NCBI GenBank assembly: GCA_964598205.1
Contig: CAZRBB010000005.1
Coordinates: 5,721 to 69,720, forward strand
Length of the DNA stretch: 64,000 bases
Origin: an uncultured Candidatus Saccharibacteria bacterium
GTDB taxonomy: Bacteria > Patescibacteriota > Minisyncoccia > CAIUEV01 > JAHKAQ01
Reading direction: 5' to 3'
This document shows positions 28,379 through 38,809 of this stretch, piece after piece. Numbering within the stretch: the first letter of the stretch is position 1; every line of letters starts with the position of its first letter. The notes beneath the pieces are model-generated. The model ran no database searches. It worked only from the letters and a program-made list of their open reading frames with translations, and had not been told where the DNA came from. The position numbers and the translations under genes were made by a program.

Positions 28379-30217
28379 TTGTTTAAAAAAATTAAAGCCA
28401 TCTTTTTAAAAATCAACAAAAAAAAGGTCTTTTTGTTTTTGTTCATTACTCTTTGGTTTGCAGTTTTTGCCGGAATTTTCTTAACTCTTGGATATTTAAA
28501 AAAATATCAAGGGAAAATTTATCCCCATGCTTCTTTCTACGGAGCCGATCTTGGAGGCAAAACCCAAGAAGAATCCTTGGTTTTGATTCGAAAAAAGTCT
28601 GCTGATTTAGAAAACAAAGAATTACTGCTAGTTAAGGAAGGAAACACTATTAGCGCCTCTCTTTCCGAATTGGGCGTTAATTTAGAAACCGAAACCGTTT
28701 CCCAAAATGCATTTTCAATAGGAAGAAAAGGGAATTTGCTTTCTAAGTTAAAAGAAATTATTCAGTCTCGTTTTTTAAGCTTACCAGTTGAAATTTCTTT
28801 TTCCTTGGACAAGGGAAAATTTGAACGGTTTACTTTAGAAAACTTAAATCAAGACGAACTCTTAGCTCGCCCAGCAGAAATCGTTTACTTAGAAAATAAA
28901 TTTGTTGTTAATCCACCGCAAGACGGATTCGGCATAGATAAACTAAATCTCTTGGAAAAGATTGCTTTATATCTCTCCCAATCAGAAGGAAAAAATTCAT
29001 TAGCAGTTTCTGTCCTAAGCAATAAAACCCCCTCTGTTACCAAAGAAGAAGCCATTCCTGCAGCAGAAAAAGCTAATTTGTTAATTGCTAAAACCTATCG
29101 ACTCTCTGCCGGAGAAAAAACCTGGGAAATGAGCCAGGAATTTTTAGTAAAAATGCTGGACTTTAAAACTCCCACAGAAGAAAAAAATCAAGAGAAAAAA
29201 GAAATCCTTACCCCAAAAACTTTTGCTAATTCTGCCACCTACCACTTTTTTAGTAAGCAAAATAAAAAACAAGCCCCAGAAACAATAGAAGTTTTTCTAA
29301 AAGAAAAAGAAGTCTTAGATTATCTTTCCACCATTGCTCCCGGCATTGAACAAGCATCGGTTAGCGCTATCCTAGGATTCACAGACAACCAATTAAAAGT
29401 TGTAAGCCCAGGCCAAAACGAAATAAAATTAAACATTCCCGAAAGCGCTAAATACTTAACAGTTAAGATTCTTGCTGGAGAAGAAAATATTTCTTTTCCT
29501 GTTGTTTCCATGCCAGCCACCGTCTCAGAAAGCAACCTCAATACCCTAGGCTTAAAGACTCTGCTTGCTCAGGGAGAATCAAATTTTGTTGGCTCGCCCC
29601 AAAACAGAAAACACAACATTGCCACTGGCGCCGCCCGTTTTAACGGTGTTCTTATTAAACCAGGAGAAGAATTTTCTTTCATAGAAAGATTGGGGCCAGT
29701 AGATAAAAGCACCGGCTACCTGCCAGAACTCGTAATCAAAGAAAATAAAACCATTCCTGAATATGGTGGCGGTATGTGCCAAGTTTCTACAACCGCTTTC
29801 CGTGGTGCAGTTAATGCCGGCTTAGCAATCACTGAACGCCGGAATCACGCTTACCCTGTTCAATATTACGCTCCCCAAGGAACAGACGCGACTGTTTACA
29901 TTCCCAACCCCGATTTAAAATTTAAAAACAACACTCCTGCCCATATTTATATTCAAACTCGTATTGAAGGCACTAAATTATTTTTTGAATACTACGGCAC
30001 CAATGATGGCCGCATAGTTAAAACCGAAGGTCCTATTACTTACGATCGCACCGGTGATGGCGGTATGCGCGCCAAATGGATTCAGAAAGTATATAATCCA
30101 GACGGGAGTCTTCTTTTTGAAGACACTTTTTTGTCCAAGTACGATTCCCCAAACAAATATCCCCACCCTGGTCAGGAACCCCAGCCAGTAGAAAAAAAGA
30201 AAAAGAAAAAACATTAA
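28379..30217 (+). CDS. VanW-family protein with an N-terminal TM anchor
   Basis: 612 aa. The C-terminal region PEYGGGMCQVSTTAFRGAVNAGLAITERRNH matches the VanW signature GGG(V/M)CQVSTT. Confidence 0.7.
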   Translation: MFKKIKAIFLKINKKKVFLFLFITLWFAVFAGIFLTLGYLKKYQGKIYPHASFYGADLGGKTQEESLVLIRKKSADLENKELLLVKEGNTISASLSELGVNLETETVSQNAFSIGRKGNLLSKLKEIIQSRFLSLPVEISFSLDKGKFERFTLENLNQDELLARPAEIVYLENKFVVNPPQDGFGIDKLNLLEKIALYLSQSEGKNSLAVSVLSNKTPSVTKEEAIPAAEKANLLIAKTYRLSAGEKTWEMSQEFLVKMLDFKTPTEEKNQEKKEILTPKTFANSATYHFFSKQNKKQAPETIEVFLKEKEVLDYLSTIAPGIEQASVSAILGFTDNQLKVVSPGQNEIKLNIPESAKYLTVKILAGEENISFPVVSMPATVSESNLNTLGLKTLLAQGESNFVGSPQNRKHNIATGAARFNGVLIKPGEEFSFIERLGPVDKSTGYLPELVIKENKTIPEYGGGMCQVSTTAFRGAVNAGLAITERRNHAYPVQYYAPQGTDATVYIPNPDLKFKNNTPAHIYIQTRIEGTKLFFEYYGTNDGRIVKTEGPITYDRTGDGGMRAKWIQKVYNPDGSLLFEDTFLSKYDSPNKYPHPGQEPQPVEKKKKKKH

Positions 30218-30268
30218 AACGCGTAAGTCCTAGCTAAATATAAAAATTACCCCTAAAAACAAAAAATC

Positions 30269-32038
30269 ATGAAAAAACTAAACCAGCTCGCTCCTTGGAT
30301 TGCCACGGCTATTCTCTCTTTTACCTTTATTGTCTCTCTAGGAAGCATGAGTGAAGATTCCGCTGTTCGCGACGAAATGCCTCATATTGTTGCTGGCTAC
30401 ACTTACCTAAAATACGCCGACTATCGCATTAACCCCGAACATCCACCGCTAATCAAACAATTAGCAGCCATCCCTCTTTTTTTTCTCCATGTCAAATTCC
30501 CAGAAGATAATCCTGCCTGGAAGGATCGTGTTAACGATCAATGGTCATTAGGTGATACTTTTCTTTACAAATCCGGAAACAATGCCGACCAAATGTTATT
30601 CTGGGGCCGATTACCAATAGTCTTTTTAATGCTTCTTACAGGCTGGATTATTTTTGTTTGGACCAAAGAAATTTTTAAGAGTCCACTCGCTGGATTAATT
30701 GCTCTTCTTCTTTTTGCTCTTTCCCCAAACATTATTGCTCATGGTCGCTTTATTACCACCGATATGGGCGTAGCCGCTTTTTCTGTTTTTGCCCTTTATT
30801 CTTGGTGGAAGTTTCTAGTTAAACCTTCTAAAATAAAGTTCACCATTGCTGTTTTATTACAAACCTGTCTCCACTTAGCTAAATTTTCTAGTCCACTTTT
30901 TTTACCGATCATTGGCTTAATGACTTTAGGTGCCGCTTTTTTTGGCGGAGAAAAAGGTGAAAGCATTAAAAAAAGATTTTGGTTTTATTTGGGAGCAACT
31001 GTTGCCGCCACAGCCCTAGCTTTTATCTTGGTTGGCATTTGGTATCAAATATTCACCAGAGAGATGCCCCTTGCTGTTCAGCAACAACTAGTTTCCGAAT
31101 CTATCTTTGACAACAACTTTAAAAACGCTGGCCTAGCAACCAAGCTTGGGAGAATGACCAACTTCCCAATTCTCCGACCATACGTTCAATACCTATTGGG
31201 TTTCTTTATGGTAGCTGCTCATGCTTCTTATGGTCACTCCACCTATTTTATGGGAGAGGTCGGCCAAAACTGGAAAGAATATTACTTCATCACTTATTTA
31301 CTAAAAGAACCAATTGCTTCTCAGATTTTGGTTTATATTTCTTTTACCGTTGCTCTTATTTCTTTCTTCCGCTTTCTTTTTTCTTCCCAAAAAGGCAAAA
31401 AAGTCCGTGCCTTTTTAAAAAATTATTTCGTCCTCCTAGCTTTTGTTATTTTAATTTCCCTTTTCCTTTATATGGGAGCAATAGCCAGGCTCCAGTTAGG
31501 TATTCGCTATGTTGTTCCTATCTTCCCTTATCTTTATATGATTGCCGGAGGAATTCTGGGTGCTTGGTTTACCCGCCTTTCTAAAAACCATGTCACTTCT
31601 ATCTTTGGAAAAGGATTAGCCATAGTCCTTTTTGGTTGGCTCTTCTTGGCCAACATTCTTACTTATCCTAGCTACCTCTCTTACTTTAATGAATCAGTTG
31701 GCGGGAATAAGAATGGCTGGCTTTACTTGGTTGATTCCAATGTTGACTGGGGGCAAGATTTAAAACGCCTTAAAACATACGCCGATCAAAACGGCATTAA
31801 AGATTTAAAGATAGATTATTTTGGAGGTGGCAATTTAGATTACTATTTTGGCCAAGGAAACTACACTCCTTGGGGATTCGAAAAAGGTCCCGCCAAAGGG
31901 TGGTTCGCTATTTCCGCCAGCGCCATTCAATGGAATTCCCAAAACGCGGAAATTAATAAAAGTTACCATTGGCTAACCGATCACTATGAACCAAAAGCCA
32001 AAATTGGTTCTTCAATCTTTGTTTACAAAATAGAATAA
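30269..32038 (+). CDS. Family-39-like (ArnT/PMT-type) polytopic glycosyltransferase
   Basis: 589 aa with about 11 TM segments. The first extracytoplasmic loop, AVRDEMPHIVAGYTYLKYADYRINPEHPPLIKQL, is typical of GT39/GT83 lipid-carrier-dependent glycosyltransferases. Confidence 0.65.
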   Translation: MKKLNQLAPWIATAILSFTFIVSLGSMSEDSAVRDEMPHIVAGYTYLKYADYRINPEHPPLIKQLAAIPLFFLHVKFPEDNPAWKDRVNDQWSLGDTFLYKSGNNADQMLFWGRLPIVFLMLLTGWIIFVWTKEIFKSPLAGLIALLLFALSPNIIAHGRFITTDMGVAAFSVFALYSWWKFLVKPSKIKFTIAVLLQTCLHLAKFSSPLFLPIIGLMTLGAAFFGGEKGESIKKRFWFYLGATVAATALAFILVGIWYQIFTREMPLAVQQQLVSESIFDNNFKNAGLATKLGRMTNFPILRPYVQYLLGFFMVAAHASYGHSTYFMGEVGQNWKEYYFITYLLKEPIASQILVYISFTVALISFFRFLFSSQKGKKVRAFLKNYFVLLAFVILISLFLYMGAIARLQLGIRYVVPIFPYLYMIAGGILGAWFTRLSKNHVTSIFGKGLAIVLFGWLFLANILTYPSYLSYFNESVGGNKNGWLYLVDSNVDWGQDLKRLKTYADQNGIKDLKIDYFGGGNLDYYFGQGNYTPWGFEKGPAKGWFAISASAIQWNSQNAEINKSYHWLTDHYEPKAKIGSSIFVYKIE

Positions 32039-32085
32039 AGAGCAGTCAATACTTACTACCCTTTCTGTTTCTAGATTTTCATTTT

Positions 32086-32907
32086 CTAAGATTTTTTAAT
32101 TTTTCCCTTGCTAAAATCAGCGATCATTTTTTTTAATTGAACCATTTTCTCTTGAGTCGCTTCTTCCCCGGCCAAAATTAAATCTTTCCCCTTTAAGAAT
32201 CGATGCCAGCGAGTACCGTTAGTTTTTGGCTTAATCACCAAATCTGCGTTTTTAATGTTCCCCAAAGTTAAATGATGGCGCAAAATATTTAGCGAATTTT
32301 CCGCTACCTGATAAAAATTAGGTTTCATTTCTTTATTTGGCGCGTAACGATCTAAATCAACGGCAATCACCAAATCTGCTCCCATCTTTTTGGCAGTCTC
32401 TACGGGAATTGGCGACGAAAGCCCACCATCAATCAATAAACGATTTTCAATCTCTACTGGTTTAAAGACTAAGGGAATAGAAATGCTAGCCCGAATGGCC
32501 GGCGCTAACTCTCCTTTTTTTAGAATAACTGCTTCGCCAGTCCTTAAATCCGTTACCGCAATTGCTAAAGGAATTGCACAGTCTTCTATTCTTATCCCAT
32601 CAACACATCCCTCTATAAACTTTCTAACCTTTCTTCCACTAATTAGCCCTTGTCTAAAATGCGGATCAACTAGGGAAAATAAAAGACGCCAATTGGTATC
32701 ATTGGCAATTTTCTCTATTTCCAAAACAGTTAAGCCAGAGGCATAAAAACCGCCAACCATTGCTCCAATACTAGAGCCAGCAATGTAATCAATATTAATC
32801 CCCTCTTCCTCTAGGGCTTTAATTACTCCAATCAGAGACAATCCTCGCGCACCACCACTCCCAAGCGCCAGGCCAATCTTGGGCTTTTTGGTTTTACATT
32901 TCCGCAT
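32086..32907 (-). CDS. Patatin-like phospholipase
   Basis: 273 aa. It has the oxyanion GxGxxG element (LGSGGARG), the GxSxG nucleophile motif (GSSIG) and a DGG(L) Asp-containing motif. Confidence 0.85.
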   Translation of the reverse strand: MRKCKTKKPKIGLALGSGGARGLSLIGVIKALEEEGINIDYIAGSSIGAMVGGFYASGLTVLEIEKIANDTNWRLLFSLVDPHFRQGLISGRKVRKFIEGCVDGIRIEDCAIPLAIAVTDLRTGEAVILKKGELAPAIRASISIPLVFKPVEIENRLLIDGGLSSPIPVETAKKMGADLVIAVDLDRYAPNKEMKPNFYQVAENSLNILRHHLTLGNIKNADLVIKPKTNGTRWHRFLKGKDLILAGEEATQEKMVQLKKMIADFSKGKIKKS

Positions 32908-32918
32908 CTTTTAGAATT

Positions 32919-34703
32919 TTATTGGTCAACTTTCGTCTCAAAATAACATCCCTTCTTATTTGGCACAACACTTAAATAGCTATCACAAAAAACACTAGCT
33001 TGTTCCGGAACCAATAGAGTCGGCTGATATTTTTTTATATCATAGGGAAATAAATAGAATTCTGTTTTTTCCCCACTAAAAACAACCCCTACTCCAAGAC
33101 CTTTGTTTGTTTCTTTGCCAACTTGATCAAAAATAAAATTACCCAAAGAATAAAAGATAGCTTTATTTTTATATATTTCCATCGGTTGGATAACATGAGG
33201 ATGATGGCCAATTATTACATCTACCCCACTATCAACTAAGGAATGAGCAACACCCTCCTGAATTTCCGATTGGTTTTCATGATACTCGTATCCCCAATGA
33301 ATATTTACCACCACAAAATCATTGTGCTCCTTTAGTTCCCTAATCAACTCATAATCTTGCGTTAAGTCACCAGAATGAACCGTGGTATCAATTCCAATAA
33401 AAACAATTTTCCTACCATTGATTTCTTTCTCAATATATTTTCTATTAGCATAAAAGCTACCAAAAAAATCAATCCCCTCTTTTAGCAAATAATCTTCCGT
33501 ATCTTTTAATCCTTCAGCCTTGCAGTCTCCTGTATGATTATTAGCCAAATTAACTATATTGATTCCATTCTTAGCAATCAGACCAGTGACCGTTGGATCA
33601 AACTTAAAACTATACGCTTTCTCCAAACAATTACTTTTCTCGGTAATTGGCCCTTCCAAATTCGCCGAAATAAAATCAACCCCTTTTAAAAAATTACCCT
33701 CCGGTCCTTTAATTTTTTCAAAAGGATTTACTCCATTTTCCATAGACTTTTCTACATCTCGAGAAAACATCATGTCTCCAAAATTAAGAACAGAAACTTT
33801 CCTATCTTTTCTTTGACCACCTCTAATAAAATGAGCAAAAAAATAACTTGTAACATCTCCAAAATTCTCCTTGCCCATAAAATCTGCCGAATTAGTATTT
33901 TTGTAAATTATCTTTTTCGCCTCTCTTAATTCTAAATATTTAAGTAGTGCATAAATTGAAGATGGACTGTCTATCTCACTGTTAAAAATTCCCTCATAAT
34001 TAAAATCTTTAATCGCTGAAATGCTTTTTTTGTCATGAAAATTAGCCGCTGTTTTGTTTAGGTGATGAGAAAAATCAACACTAGCAATAACCACCGCATC
34101 TTCTGGTAGAATTTGATCCAGATTTTTTGCCAACAATTCCGCTTTTTCTTTGGTTGTGCTTCGTTTTACAATAATGGGAATTATTTTTGCATCAGGTAAA
34201 AAGTATTTAACAAAACTAACCAAAGACGAAATAGAGTGCTCACTAGAAAAAGGGTCTTCCTCATTAAAAACCGTTCCCGTGTTCAATAATTCATTAATAT
34301 ATTTCTCTTCTGACTCCACCACGCCCCAAGGAGTTTTGTAAGGATATTTTGATAATAAAATATCTCTCTTCCCAACATTAAAATGATTTGGCCCAATAAT
34401 AACAATCGTTTTAGGCGATTGCTTTTTAAAAGCACTAAAAAACTGAGCAATTTCTTTAGCCACTAACAAATGGTGAGATACTATTCCGCCGTAAATTTTC
34501 TCTTCACTAACATTTGCCGGAACTATTTTGTCTAGATCCCCGTAAAATTGCTTATCCACATAAAAAGAAGAATGGAACCGAGTCGCCCCATCTGAAAACT
34601 CTATAGGGTTTTTCTTTATTTTTCTAACTATTGAATAACAAAAAAAGACCCCTGCCAAAAAAAACACGATCATTACCAAAAACAGCAGGAGTCTCTTTTT
34701 CAT
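32919..34703 (-). CDS. Membrane-anchored fusion of a Memo-like (AmmeMemoRadiSam system protein B) domain with a CapA/PgsA-family metallophosphatase-like domain
   Basis: 594 aa with an N-terminal TM. The Memo-like part includes GGIVSHHLLV...VIIGPNHF. The CapA-like part includes GDMMFSRDV..., NLEGPI, NLANNHTGDC, NIHWGYEYH, IIGHHPHVIQP and SLGNFIFDQ. Confidence 0.6.
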   Translation of the reverse strand: MKKRLLLFLVMIVFFLAGVFFCYSIVRKIKKNPIEFSDGATRFHSSFYVDKQFYGDLDKIVPANVSEEKIYGGIVSHHLLVAKEIAQFFSAFKKQSPKTIVIIGPNHFNVGKRDILLSKYPYKTPWGVVESEEKYINELLNTGTVFNEEDPFSSEHSISSLVSFVKYFLPDAKIIPIIVKRSTTKEKAELLAKNLDQILPEDAVVIASVDFSHHLNKTAANFHDKKSISAIKDFNYEGIFNSEIDSPSSIYALLKYLELREAKKIIYKNTNSADFMGKENFGDVTSYFFAHFIRGGQRKDRKVSVLNFGDMMFSRDVEKSMENGVNPFEKIKGPEGNFLKGVDFISANLEGPITEKSNCLEKAYSFKFDPTVTGLIAKNGINIVNLANNHTGDCKAEGLKDTEDYLLKEGIDFFGSFYANRKYIEKEINGRKIVFIGIDTTVHSGDLTQDYELIRELKEHNDFVVVNIHWGYEYHENQSEIQEGVAHSLVDSGVDVIIGHHPHVIQPMEIYKNKAIFYSLGNFIFDQVGKETNKGLGVGVVFSGEKTEFYLFPYDIKKYQPTLLVPEQASVFCDSYLSVVPNKKGCYFETKVDQ

Positions 34704-34705
34704 TT

Positions 34706-36442
34706 TTATTTAAGCAGAGTTCCTCCCCATTCTACAGCCGTAAAACCATTTCGCCTTGGAATTTTTGCTGGGAGAATTTGTTCGGAAATATTAGCATAAT
34801 CATCTAGCTCTTCTGCGGTCATCATCACTCTAATAAACACATCTGGCTTTATAGGATTAAATTCTACCGGAGCTAAACTATCAAACTGTTCTCGACTCAA
34901 AAAAGATATCTTATAAAAAGGTTTTTCGTTAAGTCTAGCTAGCCAATATTCTTTAAAATCACTTGCTTCTTTTTCGTTAAGTCCCAATATTTGCAATTTT
35001 TCACTTAGAAACAAATTTAAATCTTCCCGCTTTACTACCCAACCTTTGTCTTGTTTTGGATAATTTGCACCAATCCCCTCCCACAGTAAATAATCATATT
35101 CTTTACCACCTTCTAGATTTTTTATTTTTCCATTAGGCAAAACATTTACCGTCCATCCATTATTATATGCTGGATCAGTATGCGTAAAGCCACCATTCGG
35201 ACTAACTTTTACGCTTAGATTAATTTCATTCTGAGGATAAAGATAAATAACCGGCTTACACATTTCGGCCGCTGGGCTAAACTTACTATTTTTAAATTCT
35301 ATCCATTTCCCTAAAGGATTTTTCCAATAAAGATAGGGATTTGATTTAATAAATTCTTCATAAGTATATTTGCTTCCTCCTTGCTGTTGATTATCGTTGC
35401 CACCGTAATAGGCTAGAGTTTGTTCGTTGTTATATAGATCTTTTAGATATTGATCGTTCGGATCCTTAATTCCCAAAATGTCCTCTCCATTAACTGTTTT
35501 TCCAACTACTTGTAGCCTTTCTTCTGGCTTAAGATCATTTGGATCCATCTCCAATAAATTCGTACAGACACCTCCGCAAGTATGGTTAATATAGTCGTAC
35601 TCATCTTGATTCTTTTTGCCATCGTTAAAAGTCACATTGATCACTCTATCTTCATTGTTCACGAACGGAATAACAAGATTGTAAGCAATCGCCGTATGAT
35701 TAGGAAGTTCCGCCACAATACAACCTTCCCCTTCTGTTAAATAAAAATCTCCAATTTCTTTGTTGGTAAATAATTTATTTTTTATTTTTACTTCAGAGAA
35801 TAAATAAGTCGGAGAATAATATTTTTTTAATTGATAGCTAGTTTCCGGTAAAGGTATTTCTTCTGGGAGGTCATCTATCCCCACAATCGTTGCCTCAGTC
35901 CCTGCCTCTTGCAAACCCTCGTTGATATACAGCTTATTTTCGGTAATCCCATCGGATCCCTTTTCGATTATAAAATATGTCATTTCTGAACCCCCCATAG
36001 ACGGCGTCACTTCAAGATAAAAATCCTTCCCTTTATATAGCGGATCGTCGTTGGCTATTTTCCCCACCAAAAAACACCGAGCAACTCCATTACAATTTTC
36101 TTTTACCTCAATAGTTTTTTTCTCCCAATCCACCAAAATCTTTTTCAACTTTATTGTAGGAATCTCTGCAATTTCTTGCGAATTACTAGCATTCCCTTGA
36201 ATATTACTACTTAAATCTTGCTGATTTTGTTGTTTAAACTGATTCTGTTGTCTTTGCAAGCTTTGAATTTGTTGTTGGTATCTTTTTTCTAGTTGATTAG
36301 TTTTTTCTTTGTAAAAATAAGCAACATAACCAAAAAACAGCATTATTATAACCACCAAGGAACCAACAATTATCCAGAAATTGACCCTTTTTTTACTATT
36401 ATCCACAAAATTTACCTCACCACCCCCTAATTTTTTTTCCAT
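34706..36442 (-). CDS. Hypothetical membrane-anchored extracytoplasmic protein (Gln-rich linker)
   Basis: 578 aa with an N-terminal TM, followed by a QQIQSLQRQQNQFKQQNQQ low-complexity stretch and a large domain with no recognised motifs. Only 3 nt separate it from the Memo-CapA gene, so the two are probably co-transcribed. Confidence 0.4.
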   Translation of the reverse strand: MEKKLGGGEVNFVDNSKKRVNFWIIVGSLVVIIMLFFGYVAYFYKEKTNQLEKRYQQQIQSLQRQQNQFKQQNQQDLSSNIQGNASNSQEIAEIPTIKLKKILVDWEKKTIEVKENCNGVARCFLVGKIANDDPLYKGKDFYLEVTPSMGGSEMTYFIIEKGSDGITENKLYINEGLQEAGTEATIVGIDDLPEEIPLPETSYQLKKYYSPTYLFSEVKIKNKLFTNKEIGDFYLTEGEGCIVAELPNHTAIAYNLVIPFVNNEDRVINVTFNDGKKNQDEYDYINHTCGGVCTNLLEMDPNDLKPEERLQVVGKTVNGEDILGIKDPNDQYLKDLYNNEQTLAYYGGNDNQQQGGSKYTYEEFIKSNPYLYWKNPLGKWIEFKNSKFSPAAEMCKPVIYLYPQNEINLSVKVSPNGGFTHTDPAYNNGWTVNVLPNGKIKNLEGGKEYDYLLWEGIGANYPKQDKGWVVKREDLNLFLSEKLQILGLNEKEASDFKEYWLARLNEKPFYKISFLSREQFDSLAPVEFNPIKPDVFIRVMMTAEELDDYANISEQILPAKIPRRNGFTAVEWGGTLLK

Positions 36443-36532
36443 TTATTTTTAAAAAATTATTTACACTGCCACATGCTCATTCGACATTATTTTTCACATA
36501 CTTCCTGCTTAAAACATAAAACAGAATTACCC

Positions 36533-37753
36533 CTATTTCACTTCTCCTTTCAACAAAAAATCAATTAGCTTCATATGCTTGATGCCCTGATATTCATTGA
36601 CTACTGGATCCATTGAAATAACTATTTTCTCAAAATTATCCTTAATTTTCAATAAATTTCCAAATTCTCGTTCTCTGGTTTTTGTATCCCCGATTGTCAG
36701 CGCCACTTGAATATATTTAATTTTTGTATTTTTAATTGCCACAAAATCGATTTCCCTGCCTTCCAATGTTCCTGTATATATTTCATACCCATCGCTTTTC
36801 AATTGCATAAAGACAATATTTTCCATCACTTGATTAGTCATCGCCTCATTGAAGCCAGCGAGGGCGTTTCTTATTCCAATATCATTCACATAATATTTGG
36901 CATTTTGCTTAAATACTTTCTTGCCCACTAGGTCATACCTTTTCACCTCATGGAGAAAATAGCCCGCGCGCAAAGCATATAAATAGTCCAAAATAATACT
37001 CGGCGTCACTTTAATGCCTTCATTTTTTAAATATTTGCAAATTGAATTGGCAGAAAATTCATAACCAATATTACCACATAAAAACATAACCAATTTTTCC
37101 AGCAATGCGATATTGCGTATTTCAAATTTTTTTATCACATCCTTCAACAAGATGGAATTGAAAATATTTTTAGCATATGTAAAAACCACCTCGTCATTTA
37201 GTGGCATATTGTGAATAAAAGGTAAGCCTCCATAGCGGAAATATTTCTCAAGACTTTCATGATTCGTTCTCAATCCAGAAAACTTCAAAAATTCCTTGAA
37301 GTCCAACGGTGCAATAAAATTTTCGATATATCTTCCTCCCAAATAAGTACTCAGCTCGGAAGAAATGATTTCAGAATTGCTACCTGTAATATAGATATCG
37401 AATTTTTTATTTAGCGCGTAACTCCGAATGGCTTTTTCAAATCCGCTTATTTCCTGAACCTCATCAATCAGTAAATAAATCTTTTTATTTTTATTCGCCT
37501 TTTGCAATTTAGTTTCAATAAAAATATGCAACTCTTTATAGGAAATAATCTTATCGAACTGCAAATCCTCCTTGTTTAGATAGATAATATTTTTTTTTAA
37601 AACGCCCTGCAATTCCAACTCACCGATAATGCTTTTTAAAATATAGCTCTTACCGGTTCGTCTCTGTCCCGTTATCACTTTAATGACAGCTTGATTTTTA
37701 AAAAGATATATTTTTTCAAGATATTTTTCTCTGCGGATAACCTCATTTAACAT
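36533..37753 (-). CDS. AAA+ ATPase of the COG1373/DUF4143 family
   Basis: 406 aa. The Walker A is GQRRTGKSY and the Walker B is LLIDEVQ. The C-terminal region is DUF4143-like. Confidence 0.75.
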   Translation of the reverse strand: MLNEVIRREKYLEKIYLFKNQAVIKVITGQRRTGKSYILKSIIGELELQGVLKKNIIYLNKEDLQFDKIISYKELHIFIETKLQKANKNKKIYLLIDEVQEISGFEKAIRSYALNKKFDIYITGSNSEIISSELSTYLGGRYIENFIAPLDFKEFLKFSGLRTNHESLEKYFRYGGLPFIHNMPLNDEVVFTYAKNIFNSILLKDVIKKFEIRNIALLEKLVMFLCGNIGYEFSANSICKYLKNEGIKVTPSIILDYLYALRAGYFLHEVKRYDLVGKKVFKQNAKYYVNDIGIRNALAGFNEAMTNQVMENIVFMQLKSDGYEIYTGTLEGREIDFVAIKNTKIKYIQVALTIGDTKTREREFGNLLKIKDNFEKIVISMDPVVNEYQGIKHMKLIDFLLKGEVK

Positions 37754-37784
37754 GTTATTCCTACCTTAATGTTTATGTTTATAG

Positions 37785-37827
37785 TATAAGCTAAACTTTT
37801 TTAAATGTCAAGAAAGTTTAGCTTATA
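37785..37827. promoter_or_regulatory. 15-bp inverted repeat (tataagctaaacttt / aaagtttagcttata) upstream of the AAA+ ATPase gene and downstream of the LysM pseudogene
   Basis: The repeat was read directly. The spacer is 12 nt, and a direct repeat of agctaaact follows. It could act as an operator or a terminator. Confidence 0.4.
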
Positions 37828-37842
37828 AGCTAAACTCGTTAA

Positions 37843-38790
37843 TCATCCCTCCCCAAAACATCCACCGTCGCTTGCATTACTTAAATCAATAATTTTTTGA
37901 TATTGATTTGCATCACCATAAACTTTCTTGGCAATACTCCAAAGAGTGTCGCCGGATTCTAGAACATAAGAGCAAATATTGGGTTTACTTGTATTGCTCG
38001 CCTCCAGACCTGATGTTTGATTGTCTAAATTATTTGCTGGCGTATTTTTATTAACATTAGCTATATTTAATAGTTTTCTGCGATATTCAAAATAGTTTTT
38101 TCTTCGACATAATTTCCTGCTTTGTCATAAGCTCTAACTATAATAATATCCGCCTGATCTAAGATGCTTTCCGGAATAAAATAGAAACTCTTGATTTGTT
38201 TTTTCCAGGCTCTGACAACATGACCTTGATTATTTAAAATTTTAATTTTGTAATAATCCACTCCTGTGTCATCAGTCGCTTCAAAATTTATTTTGTCGTT
38301 TTTTTGGATAGTGATGGTTTGGAAATGTGCCTGAAGGATATCTCCGCGATGTTCTCCATATCTTCCCTATATGGCCCGGGCATTCACCAGTTATTGTGAT
38401 TCGTGAATTTTCATCATCACCTAAATATGCCTTGAGACCCGTAAAATAAAAAATAGATCCAGACCCTACATCGCCATGTTCGTCACATATGTGCAATGTG
38501 TCACCAGACTGTATTCCGCCCGTTCCCGCCCAAACAGGGCCAATCGTCGCAATATGAACGCCAGATCCTTGGTTTGTAAATTTAACCTGATTCACCAGTG
38601 CCTGATCTGTGTATAATTTGTAGACATAGGTACTTACCCATTTTGCATAATACACAGTCCCTGCCTGCAAAATTCCAGAAGCGCCGCCAACTGTTATAGA
38701 AGGTAACGCCCCAGTTGTTTTGAATGTGACAGGCTGTCCATTAACAGCAAAATTGCCAGGACCTGCTGTAATAGTATTGGAAAGACGATT
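37843..38790 (-). pseudogene. Frameshift-disrupted gene for a LysM-domain cell-wall-binding protein (three frames: 38670-38281, 38261-38067, ~38066-37843)
   Basis: The C-terminal fragment translates to ...ESGDTLWSIAKKVYGDANQYQKIIDLSNASDGG*, a LysM signature. The three ORF pieces lie in different frames. One junction sits beside a T7/A7 homopolymer at 38297-38303. The first piece lacks an ATG and begins directly after the tRNA-Val 3' end. Confidence 0.5.
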
Positions 38791-38809
38791 TTACTATTCT
38801 AGATTATTG

